A DNA stretch of 64,000 bases. Origin: Polyangiales bacterium (GTDB lineage Bacteria > Myxococcota_A > Polyangia > Polyangiales > JAWKRM01). The notes beneath the pieces are model-generated. The model ran no database searches and was not told the DNA's origin. It saw only the letters and a program-made list of their open reading frames with translations. The position numbers and the translations under genes are program-made. Positions 9,502 through 23,189 of the stretch are shown here, piece by piece (position 1 is the first letter of the stretch; the number at the start of each line of letters is the position of its first letter). The stretch lies in assembly GCA_041389625.1 (NCBI GenBank), contig JAWKRM010000020.1:14930-78929 (forward strand), written 5' to 3'.

Positions 9502-10647
9502 ATGGCAATTGTCACCCCCACCTACGGCCGCAAGCTCGACGACTTTCAGGTCGGCGACATCTACCCGCACCCCTGGGAGGTGACGCTCGACGAGGGCTTC
9601 CTCGCTCGGTGCCAGGCGTCGTTCATGGACGCATGCCCGACGTACGCGTCGGTCGCCGCCGCGCGCACGCTCGGCTTTGACCTGCGCCCCGTGCACCCGC
9701 TCGTGCTCACGAACCTCGCGCTGTCATTCTCGGTGCACGACGTGAGCGAGCAGGCCATCGCGCACCTCGCCTACGTGTCCGTGCGCTGCCCGGAGCCCGC
9801 CTTCGGCTCGAACTCGACCTGGGGCGGCCCCGAGGACCGCCGCACGCTCACCACATCCGGTCGCTCGAGCGTGCGCGCCTACTCCGAAGTGCTCGACGTG
9901 AAGCCGAGCTCGAGCGGCGACAAGGGCGTCGTGCACGTGCGCACGGTGCTCACGAATGAACGCGAAGAGGCGTTGTGCATTCTCGAGCGAAAGGCGCTCA
10001 TCCCCGCGGGCCACGTGGAAGGCCGCCCGGAGACGCCGCGCACCGCCGGGACCATCAAACTCCCGAAGCGCGCGTACCCGAAGGTGCTCGAGCACGTGAA
10101 GAAGGGCGGTCCTTCGGCGTTTCCGTACTTCTACGAAGACCTCGAGCCCGGCCTCGAGTTCGCCCACGGCACCGGCCGCACGGTGGGCGACTCGGAGCAC
10201 ATGGAGCTCACGACGCTCTTCCGAAACTCGCACCCGCTCCACTTCGACGAGGTCTACGCCCGCGGCGGCGGCTCGTTTGCGAAGGCGCGCGTCGTCTATG
10301 GCGGCCTCGTGCTTGCGTGGACGCACGCCCTCGCGAGCCGCGACCTCGCGGGGAACGCGATTTGGTACGCCGGCTTCGAAGACGGCGCGCACCCAAACCC
10401 GACCCTCGCCGGCGACACGCTCTACGCGGCGAGCCGCGTCCTTTCCCGCGAGCCCCTCGGCAAACGCCACGGCCTCGTCACCGTGCGCACCGTGGGGGTC
10501 AAGAACATGACCTCACGGAAGGCGCTCGAAAGTCACCCAGGGCTCTTCGACGCCGAGCTCGGCAAGCCGTCGGAACAGCGCATTCGCGACAAGGTCGTCG
10601 AGATCACGCACTCCATGCTGGTTCGCCGCCGCGGCACGAAGGGCTAG
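9502..10647 (+). CDS. mch: Double hot-dog MaoC-family hydratase, probable mesaconyl-CoA hydratase
   Basis: A 381-aa protein with two MaoC-like halves. It has a hydratase-motif-like RNSHPLHFD in the second half. It lies immediately downstream of ccr-mcd. I chose the ATG at 9502 (MAIVTPTYGRK...). Confidence 0.65.
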   Translation: MAIVTPTYGRKLDDFQVGDIYPHPWEVTLDEGFLARCQASFMDACPTYASVAAARTLGFDLRPVHPLVLTNLALSFSVHDVSEQAIAHLAYVSVRCPEPAFGSNSTWGGPEDRRTLTTSGRSSVRAYSEVLDVKPSSSGDKGVVHVRTVLTNEREEALCILERKALIPAGHVEGRPETPRTAGTIKLPKRAYPKVLEHVKKGGPSAFPYFYEDLEPGLEFAHGTGRTVGDSEHMELTTLFRNSHPLHFDEVYARGGGSFAKARVVYGGLVLAWTHALASRDLAGNAIWYAGFEDGAHPNPTLAGDTLYAASRVLSREPLGKRHGLVTVRTVGVKNMTSRKALESHPGLFDAELGKPSEQRIRDKVVEITHSMLVRRRGTKG

Positions 10648-10675
10648 GACCCGCGACGGGCGCATCGGCCCCGGC

Positions 10676-11899
10676 TCAGAGCGGGTCTTCGGGCAGCGAT
10701 ACGAGCGTGGGCGTGGGGTGAACGTCCTCGTCGCCATCGATGGCGAGCTGCCCTTGGGAGTTCGAACCCCAACAGAACACGCTCGTGTTGGTCGCCGCGC
10801 ACACGTGGCTTGTGCCCACGCCAAAGAACTCCACGCCACTCATCCCCGTCACATCCGCGGCGGAAGCCCGGCTTTCGTCAACCACGTCGCCAAGCTGCTT
10901 CGATGCGTTTGACCCCCAGCAGGCGAGGTTTCCGTTGGTCCGAAGCGCGCACGTTGTTTGCGACCCCGCGTCGATGGCCACCGCATCACCGGCAATCCCC
11001 ATCACGGCCGTCGGCGTGGAGATGTTCGCGTCACTCGCCGATCCGGAGCCGACCTGTCCGTACTTGTTTGAGCCCCAGCAGTAAACGTTGCCATCCATCG
11101 TGAGCGCACACGCATGCGCGTCGCCCGCGGTCACCGCCTTGACCGAACCGGGGAGCCCGACCACCGCCACCGGTTCGAGACGATCGGTGGTCGTCCCGTC
11201 GCCCAACTGCGCGTTGGTGTTCTTGCCCCAACAGCTCACGGTGCCGCCCGTACTGAGCAAGCAGTTGAACGATGAGCCCGCGGTCACCGCCTGCGCACCC
11301 GTGCCGTTGGTCACCACGCCGGGCTTCTCCGGCGAGCCCTCGGTGCCCCGACCGAGTGTTCCGGAAAGGTTGTTTCCCCAACACCACACTGCGCCGGCAC
11401 CGCGCACGGCACACGCGTGAAGCGCGCCCACCGCCACGCTGCCGCCATCATCGACGGAGAGCACCCCAACGGGGGACGTGCGGAACTCCGTCGCCGTGGC
11501 GCCGCCGAGCTGGCCATGCGAGTTCGAACCCCAGCACTGAACCTGTCCGCCGTGGATTTGCGCGCAATTTTGGGCCGACTTCCCGCTGAGGTACTCGGCC
11601 GTGCGAATCGCGAGGACGCGGAGCGGGGCCGCGCGTCCCGTCTCGGTACCGTCGCCGAGCTGGCCGCGATTGTTGCTGCCCCAGCAGTAAATGCCCCCGC
11701 CGCGGGCGAGCCAGCACGTGTGCGTCCCACCGAGCGCGAACCGTCCCACGGGGTCGCTCGTCAGCACCGTCACGCCGCCCGAATCGCCCGGGTTCGCATC
11801 GAACCCAGGGCCCGCGTCGCCCTTGGTGCCGGACTGCGACGGAGCGCAGCCGATCGCAGCCAAGGCCACGCCAAGGGTAAGCAAGGACAAGCGCAACAT
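10676..11899 (-). CDS. RCC1-repeat (beta-propeller) lipoprotein
   Basis: A signal peptide with a lipobox-like sequence (LGVALAAIGC) is followed by about seven repeats of the CWG.N..GQLGDG type. Confidence 0.8.
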   Translation of the reverse strand: MLRLSLLTLGVALAAIGCAPSQSGTKGDAGPGFDANPGDSGGVTVLTSDPVGRFALGGTHTCWLARGGGIYCWGSNNRGQLGDGTETGRAAPLRVLAIRTAEYLSGKSAQNCAQIHGGQVQCWGSNSHGQLGGATATEFRTSPVGVLSVDDGGSVAVGALHACAVRGAGAVWCWGNNLSGTLGRGTEGSPEKPGVVTNGTGAQAVTAGSSFNCLLSTGGTVSCWGKNTNAQLGDGTTTDRLEPVAVVGLPGSVKAVTAGDAHACALTMDGNVYCWGSNKYGQVGSGSASDANISTPTAVMGIAGDAVAIDAGSQTTCALRTNGNLACWGSNASKQLGDVVDESRASAADVTGMSGVEFFGVGTSHVCAATNTSVFCWGSNSQGQLAIDGDEDVHPTPTLVSLPEDPL

Positions 11900-11983
11900 G
11901 TGCACTTCTACACTAGTGGTCATTTGGGGCTCGCGCACACGGAACGGCCACCGCGACGATTTCCCCCACGAATCGCCGCGCGT

Positions 11984-12634
11984 TCATACCCAGCGCCCTC
12001 GGCCGCCGGCCTCAAGCGCTCGAAGCCGCTCTTCAAGCTCCGCGAGGCGCGCACCAACGCTGCGTTCGACGTACTTGGCCATGACGTCGAGCTCGACGTT
12101 CACGCGCGCTCCCTTCGCCAGCGTGCCGAGCGTGACGGTTTGTTGCGTGTGCGGCACGAGCGTGACGGAGAAGCGATGCTCCTCGGCACGCACAACGGTC
12201 AGGCTCACGCCATCGACAGCGACAAATCCCTTCTCAACCACGTACGTGGCGAGGCGGGATTCGACCTCGAACTCCACATTCAATGCTTCGCCGTCCGGAA
12301 CGACGGCCACCACGTGGGCGGTGCCGTCCACGTGCCCCTGCACGTAGTGGCCCCCCATGGGTCTCCCCGCCGCCAGCGCCCGTTCGAGGTTCACGGGTGC
12401 GCCGGCCGTCAGCGCGCCGAGCGTGGTTCGCGCGAGCGTCTCGGGCACCGCGTCCACGTCGAACTGGTCGGCGCCGACGCGCGTCGCCGTAAGGCAAACG
12501 CCCATCACGGCGACGCTGTCGCCGATACGCAGCCCCTCAAGTACCACTTCGCCGCGCAGCGTGAGACCGAGGCCGCCTTCACGGCGATCGACGGCCACGA
12601 CGACGCCCATCTCTTCGACGATCCCCGTGAACAC
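11984..12634 (-). CDS. ribE: Riboflavin synthase alpha chain
   Basis: The GTG start gives (M)FTGIVEEMG..., with the duplicated lumazine-binding repeats (..GDSVAVMGVCLT.. / ..GFVAVDGVSLTV..). The product is 216 aa. Confidence 0.88.
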   Translation of the reverse strand: MFTGIVEEMGVVVAVDRREGGLGLTLRGEVVLEGLRIGDSVAVMGVCLTATRVGADQFDVDAVPETLARTTLGALTAGAPVNLERALAAGRPMGGHYVQGHVDGTAHVVAVVPDGEALNVEFEVESRLATYVVEKGFVAVDGVSLTVVRAEEHRFSVTLVPHTQQTVTLGTLAKGARVNVELDVMAKYVERSVGARLAELEERLRALEAGGRGRWV

Positions 12635-12824
12635 GCGGGTAATGTGCGCGCGGAGACCGATTCCGACAAGTTTCCTCGACGCCTTCGCTTCACGTTGGCC
12701 GGTCCGGAGGCGGGGGTATCCTACGGCACATGACTTCCTCCGTCCGCTTGGCCGTCGCATTTCCTCGTCTGCGCGCTCGCGAGCGCCGTTTTCGTGCCGT
12801 CCACACGCGCGTTCGGTGCGCGCC

Positions 12825-13327
12825 ATGACCCTCGACGAGCTCACGGACGCCGCGGATACCATCATCGTCGCCAAGGCCGTTTCATTTGCGTCCAAACGCC
12901 GCGACGGGCGGATTCCGGTGTTCACCGAAACCACGCTTGAGGTTGAGCAGTATCTGAAGGGTCAGGGCGCGAGCACGCTCACCATCACGCTTCCCGGCGG
13001 TTCCGTCGGCGACGTCACCGTCGTCGCGCACGGCATGCCCGTGATGCCGAAGGGTGCTTCGATGGTGTTGTTTCTGTCGAAACAGCCGCCGAACCTGAAG
13101 GGCTTCACGGTGGTCGGGTTGGAACTCGGCGCGTACCGGCTCGTACGGAAGAACAAGGAGCTCTGGGCGGTGCGCGGAACGGCGGTGGAGGCCATCGACA
13201 CGACGTCGCAAGCCCCCGCAAGTACCGCCAAGCTCGCTCCCACGGCGATTCGGTACGCCGACCTCGAACTTCGAATCCAAAACCGAGTGCAGACTGCGGC
13301 CAAGGCGCAGACGACGACCAAGTCCGA

Positions 13328-13331
<4 letters not shown>
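12825..13331 (+). CDS. Hypothetical protein, probably secreted, translationally coupled to the downstream metalloprotease
   Basis: A 168-aa ORF starts at the ATG at 12825. Its stop overlaps the next start (GTGA). A signal-peptide-like sequence lies just upstream in other frames (see findings). Confidence 0.5.
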
Positions 13332-16802
<3,471 letters not shown>

Positions 16803-16826
16803 ACGGTCCTCCGCCCGGATTCGACC

Positions 16827-16850
16827 GAGCTTCGCGGGACGGCGAAGCTC
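16827..16850. terminator. 9-bp-stem hairpin between convergent genes (candidate bidirectional terminator)
   Basis: GAGCTTCGC-gggacg-GCGAAGCTC. It lies 25 nt after the stop at 16802 and 7 nt after the inferred hutH stop (16857-16859). There is no U-tract. Confidence 0.4.
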
Positions 16851-16856
16851 CGCCGT

Positions 16857-18409
<1,553 letters not shown>

Positions 18410-18509
18410 GCGGGCGGAACGTGGCGGAAGGCGCCGTCCGCGTCAAATCCGCATGGATTCCGAGCCCCGGAGCCCCGGGCCGCGCTGTATAGTGGCGGAC
18501 CCGCCGCCG

Positions 18510-21500
18510 ATGGCCACCTTGCCACCACGCCCGTCCAAGCCCCCGCTCACGCCGGAGGCCGAGCGCGACGCCCACGCGCGACTCGGATGGCTGCGCGCGG
18601 AGCTCGACCATGAACGGAAGCGCGACCGCCGCGCGTCCCTCCGATACGAGATCGGTGGCATCTACGAGCGGACTCTCCGCGACGACCCGTCGGCGGTGCA
18701 GGAGTACCTCGCCTCGTACAATTCCGACCCGTCGTTTCGCCCGCCGCTCTTCGCGCTCATGCGCATCTTCGAGCGACGTCGCTCGTACCGGAACCTGGCC
18801 AAGCTTTACGAAGCCGCGGCCACCGCGGCCCGTTCTCCCTCCGATCTCGCCGGCGCACTCCTCGACCGAGCTGCCCTCCTCGAGGATCAACTCGAGCAGC
18901 CGCTCGATGCGCGCACGACCATCCGGCAGGCGCTCCACGATTGTCCGACGAGCGTTGTCGCGAGCCTCTGGCTTGAGTACGCCGGTCGCACGCACGGGGA
19001 CGCGGCGACGGTTGAACGTGCCATCGAGGCGCGACTCGAACAAACCACCGACGCCGGACTTCGCGCGTTGCTCCTCGCCGAACTCGCCGAGTTCGAAGAA
19101 CGCAACGGGAACGTCGATCGCGCGTTGTCGCTCCTCACGGAGGCCGGCTCCCTGGGTCGGTGGTCGTGGCGCATCTGGGAGCGCCTTGAACGCGTGGCCC
19201 ACGGCCACGGACGCCATGCCGAGGTGATCGCCGCGCTCGAGGGGCGAGCGATTTTGGCCTCGAGCACCGACGAAAGCGGCGCATCCGAGGCCCAGCTGCG
19301 GTTCGCCACGCCACGGGATGCGCGTCGGGAAGCGGCGGTGCTTTGGTACGAAGCGGGCCGCCTCCGTGAAGCCCTTGGAGATGTCCGCGGTGCGGTCACG
19401 TGCCTCTCGAACGCCGTCGACTGCGATTCGGACGACGCGCTCTTTCGCCTCTCGCAGATGGCCATCTCCGACATCTCTGGCGAGCTCGCGATGGGTGCGC
19501 ACGCCGCGCGCAACATGCTCGACCGCGGCGTCACGGGCCCCTGGGCGGCCGCCCTCCACGGGCAGCTCGCCCGCTTCCTCCTCGCCGACGGAAGCATCGA
19601 CCCCGCCGTGCAAGCGATTCGCACCGCGCTCCAGGAGGACCCGAACTCCGCGGCGGCCCACGCGCTCCTCGAAAGCACGCTCGAGATCCACGGTCGGCAC
19701 ACGGAGGTGTTCCGGCTCCTCGAGCAGCGCGCGAACCAGCTCGAGGGCGCGGCTCGAACGGAGGTGCTCTGGCACGCGGCGGACGTGGCGGTGCACGCAC
19801 TCGGCGATCACGATCGTGGACTCGAACTCTACGAAGCGGCGCTCCTGCACACCGAGGAGCCGGCGCCCATCCTACGCGAGCTCGTCGACACCGCCCTCTC
19901 CGCTGGACGCCGCGATGTCGCAATGTCGGCGCTCGCGCGGCTGCTCGACGAACCGCTCGAAGCGGACGAACGCGGGGTCCTCCGCCACGCGCACTACCGT
20001 CTGCTTTCCTCGGAGCTTGTGGACACGAAGAGCGCGGACGACTCGCTCAGCCGGTCCCTCGAGAGCGCGGAGTCGGCGGCGTGGGCCGCGGAAGAAGCCC
20101 GAGTCCGCGCCATCGAGTCGGACGACGGGGCGCTCCGCGTGAAGGCACATCGGCGCCTGGCGTCCGACGCGAAGGATCCCGCGGTCCGCACCGCCCACCT
20201 CGCAACCGCGGCCCGGGCGGCCGCGCTCGCGGACGATGCCCAAACGGCGATCTCGCTTCTTCGCGAGGCCCTTGAGACCGCGGGCTCACACCCGTACCTC
20301 AGCAACCTGCTCGCCGTACTCCTCGAGCGACAGGGCGACTCCGCGGAAGCGGTACGCGTGCTCCGGAATGCGGCTCCAGCGAGTGCGTCGGCGGCGGATA
20401 CCGAGCACACATTGCTTCGCGCCGCACGCACGGCGGAACGTGCGGGTCAGCTCGAAGCTGCACGTGCTTCCTATCGGGATTGCGTTGGCGCGCACCCGGG
20501 GTCGGTCGGTGCGTCTTGGATGCTTGGACGTTTCGCCGAGCGCACTCACGATGGAGACGCTGCGCTCCTCGCCCACGAGAGCCTCGCTCGCGCCGAGGTC
20601 GATGCCGGCGTCCCGGGAGTGGAGACGCTGCTGCTCGGTGAGCACCTCGCATTCGGACGTGAGGAGCCGGCACTCGCGGTGGACGCACTCCGTGCTGTGC
20701 TCGATGCCGACGACACCGCTCCGCATGCGGCCCTTGCCCTCGCCCTCCTCGACGTGGGCGCCCTCGAGCCGGACATGCGCGACGCGACGGCCCGTGGACT
20801 CGTCGCGGCAGCCTCCGCGGCCGCGCTCCCCGGAGTCCTCCGCTACGCGGCGCGGGAGGCCCGCGACGGCGCCACGACCGAGCAGCGAGAGACGCTTGCG
20901 CGCGCCGCCCGCGAACTCGACCCGCAGGAGGCGTGGCCGGGGCTCGCCGAGCTTCTCGGCCCGGGCGAACCGGATCCGCGCACCTTCCAGCGCCTCGCGG
21001 CGACGGAGGATGAGGGCATCGCAGCGGACTTCCGGCTCGCCGGTGAACGCCTCCTCGCCCTCCGCGGGACGCCCCCCGATACAACCTCGACCGCGTTGGA
21101 CGCGATCGACTCGTTCACGCACGCGTGTCTCGTACTCGAATCACGCACGGGCGCCACGCCGGAAATGGAGGCGGCGGCCCTCGCGTTCGTCCGCGACGCG
21201 ACGCATGTCTCGGGACAACGCGATGTGGATCACGCGCTCGCCCGCGCGCACCTCGCCGCGGGGGACACGGCGCGCGCACTCGATGCGGCACGACGCCTGA
21301 CGCTCGAAGACCCGAGCGACATGGCGGCTTGGGACACCGTGCTCTCGAGCGCACGCGCGGAGGGGGCATGGGCAGATTTCGTCCACGCATCGGATGCCCT
21401 TGGGGGCGCACTCGAGGGGCCGGAGCGTGCGGATCTCCTCGGTGGCGCCGCGCAAGTCTTGATCGACGAACTGAACGACGGTGACGGAGCCGAACGGCGC

Positions 21501-23189
21501 CTTCGCGCGGCGCTTGAAGCGGACCCCATGCACGCAAACGCGTACGCGCTGCTCCGGGACCTTTTTGTCCAGCGCGGTCAGGCTCAGGCGCTTCTTGCGC
21601 TCGTACGGCAACGCATCACGCGCATCGACGACGCCGAGGAACTCGAAGCGCTCTACTACGAGCAAGCGCGACTTGCTCGGAGCGTGGGCGAACTTTCGGG
21701 TGCCCTGGCGGCCCTTGACGAACTCGCCCTCCTCGCTCCGTCTCACCTTGGCGCACTCGCCCTGCGCATTGAGATCCTCGTCGCGCTCGAGCGTTGGGCG
21801 GATGCCGTGAACGCATTTCGCGACCTGTCCGCGTCGAATGCACCCGTGGCACAGCGTCGGCTCGCGCGCATCGGCGCCGCGGATTTCCTGGAGCAGAAGC
21901 TTCACGACCCCGCGGGCGCCATCCGCGAACTCGAAGCGATTCTCACCCTCGGCGCCGCGGACGCGGGGATATTCGAGCGCCTCGGGGGCATCACCATGCG
22001 CCAGGGGGACACGGTTCGCGCGCGAGAGCACTTTGAGAATGCGGCGCAAATGTCACGCGGAAGCGATCGGGCCCGCTGCGAACGGAAGCTGGCGGAGCTG
22101 CTCGAACGCGAGGGCGCCACGGGCGAAGCCGTCGATGTGTATGAGCGCGCCCTCGAACACGATCCCCGCGATCTCGATTCGGTGCGCGGCGTTCTCGCCC
22201 TTTCGGGGGACGCGGCGCGGCGTGCGCGAATCCAAGAGGCCACCGACGCGCGTCTCGTGCGGGATCTCGAGGTGCGGGTCGTGGATGCCGATGCGCTCCG
22301 GCGCCTCGGGGAGTTCGCCGCCCTCACGGGCGATGCGCTCCGGCTCAAGCATGTGCGTTCCCTTTCGGAGGCACTGTCGCTCCCGTGGGAGGGCCCGGAG
22401 GACGTCGCCACCGCGCGAACACAGGCGAAGCCCGTGGCGACGACGGCCGCGCTCGATGTCATGGCCGCACGACCGAACCGCCACCTCATTGCCACGGCGC
22501 GTGCGTGCGAAGACCTGTGGCTTGAACTCGACGAAGGTTTACTGCAGTCGGATGGCGGGCACGAACCGGATGCGTCCGTTCGTGACGCCCTCGTGACCCT
22601 GTCGCAGCGATTCGACTTGCCGAAGCTCGGGGTCGCGTCCGCAGGGCCCGGAAACGGGATCGCGTTGATTCGCGCGGCACGTGGGAAAGTGCGTTGGGCC
22701 GTCGGTCGCGGTGTGACGACACCATTCGAAGAGAGCCGACTCTTCGTTGCCGCGGAACTCTGCGCCGCACACCGGCTCGGGGTTCTGCCTCTCGTTTCAC
22801 GCTCCGCCGAGGACGCCGCACGCCTCCTGTCCGCGACCTTCGAGGCCGCTGGCGGAGAGCCGCTCGAGGGCTTCCGTGCCGCTGCGCCGCTCGTCGCCGC
22901 GATTCGGCAGCGCATGGGCCGCAAGGTGCGCCGTGCGGTTCTCGATGCCCATGCGGCCGTTGCGAACGGCGGAACCGACCTCATCATCCAGTTCCTCGAC
23001 GACGTCGTGTCCGACGCCGTGGTGGTGGGCGCATGCGTGTGCGGTTCGGCGGCACCCGCACTTCGCGCGGTTCTGCGCGCCGAACCCTCTCCGGAACGCG
23101 TACACGCCTCCCGCATGGCGCGCGCCGTCGTGCGGCGTTGGCTGTCCGAGCCCGCCATCGTGTTCACCCGCGCGTGGGAGCGGCCATGA
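18510..23189 (+). CDS. Giant all-alpha protein with TPR-like helical repeats (1,559 aa)
   Basis: One uninterrupted frame. The composition is helical-repeat (Ala/Leu/Arg/Glu-rich, with recurring A..Y...L...P....A motifs). I saw no NTPase or other catalytic motif. I chose the ATG at 18510 (MATLPPRPSK...). The track ORF starts at 18408, overlapping the hutH start. Confidence 0.7.
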   Translation: MATLPPRPSKPPLTPEAERDAHARLGWLRAELDHERKRDRRASLRYEIGGIYERTLRDDPSAVQEYLASYNSDPSFRPPLFALMRIFERRRSYRNLAKLYEAAATAARSPSDLAGALLDRAALLEDQLEQPLDARTTIRQALHDCPTSVVASLWLEYAGRTHGDAATVERAIEARLEQTTDAGLRALLLAELAEFEERNGNVDRALSLLTEAGSLGRWSWRIWERLERVAHGHGRHAEVIAALEGRAILASSTDESGASEAQLRFATPRDARREAAVLWYEAGRLREALGDVRGAVTCLSNAVDCDSDDALFRLSQMAISDISGELAMGAHAARNMLDRGVTGPWAAALHGQLARFLLADGSIDPAVQAIRTALQEDPNSAAAHALLESTLEIHGRHTEVFRLLEQRANQLEGAARTEVLWHAADVAVHALGDHDRGLELYEAALLHTEEPAPILRELVDTALSAGRRDVAMSALARLLDEPLEADERGVLRHAHYRLLSSELVDTKSADDSLSRSLESAESAAWAAEEARVRAIESDDGALRVKAHRRLASDAKDPAVRTAHLATAARAAALADDAQTAISLLREALETAGSHPYLSNLLAVLLERQGDSAEAVRVLRNAAPASASAADTEHTLLRAARTAERAGQLEAARASYRDCVGAHPGSVGASWMLGRFAERTHDGDAALLAHESLARAEVDAGVPGVETLLLGEHLAFGREEPALAVDALRAVLDADDTAPHAALALALLDVGALEPDMRDATARGLVAAASAAALPGVLRYAAREARDGATTEQRETLARAARELDPQEAWPGLAELLGPGEPDPRTFQRLAATEDEGIAADFRLAGERLLALRGTPPDTTSTALDAIDSFTHACLVLESRTGATPEMEAAALAFVRDATHVSGQRDVDHALARAHLAAGDTARALDAARRLTLEDPSDMAAWDTVLSSARAEGAWADFVHASDALGGALEGPERADLLGGAAQVLIDELNDGDGAERRLRAALEADPMHANAYALLRDLFVQRGQAQALLALVRQRITRIDDAEELEALYYEQARLARSVGELSGALAALDELALLAPSHLGALALRIEILVALERWADAVNAFRDLSASNAPVAQRRLARIGAADFLEQKLHDPAGAIRELEAILTLGAADAGIFERLGGITMRQGDTVRAREHFENAAQMSRGSDRARCERKLAELLEREGATGEAVDVYERALEHDPRDLDSVRGVLALSGDAARRARIQEATDARLVRDLEVRVVDADALRRLGEFAALTGDALRLKHVRSLSEALSLPWEGPEDVATARTQAKPVATTAALDVMAARPNRHLIATARACEDLWLELDEGLLQSDGGHEPDASVRDALVTLSQRFDLPKLGVASAGPGNGIALIRAARGKVRWAVGRGVTTPFEESRLFVAAELCAAHRLGVLPLVSRSAEDAARLLSATFEAAGGEPLEGFRAAAPLVAAIRQRMGRKVRRAVLDAHAAVANGGTDLIIQFLDDVVSDAVVVGACVCGSAAPALRAVLRAEPSPERVHASRMARAVVRRWLSEPAIVFTRAWERP

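Noticed and set aside
9805-9870. An apparent ~22-aa insertion (GSNSTWGGPEDRRTLTTSGRSS) in the first hot-dog half of the putative mesaconyl-CoA hydratase could be another frameshift patch.
   Set aside because: The other two frames over this stretch give no hydratase-like sequence, and the frame is continuous on both sides. It is most simply a lineage-specific loop. I cannot verify the family alignment from memory.
12635-12824. A possible FMN (RFN) riboswitch in the 190-nt leader upstream of ribE.
   Set aside because: Read on the minus strand, the leader lacks the conserved RFN cores as I remember them (GGGCGGGG..AAAUUCCCC..ACCGGCGGU and GCCGACGGU..AGUCCGGAUG). Only generic GC-rich hairpins are present. 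An Infernal scan would settle it.
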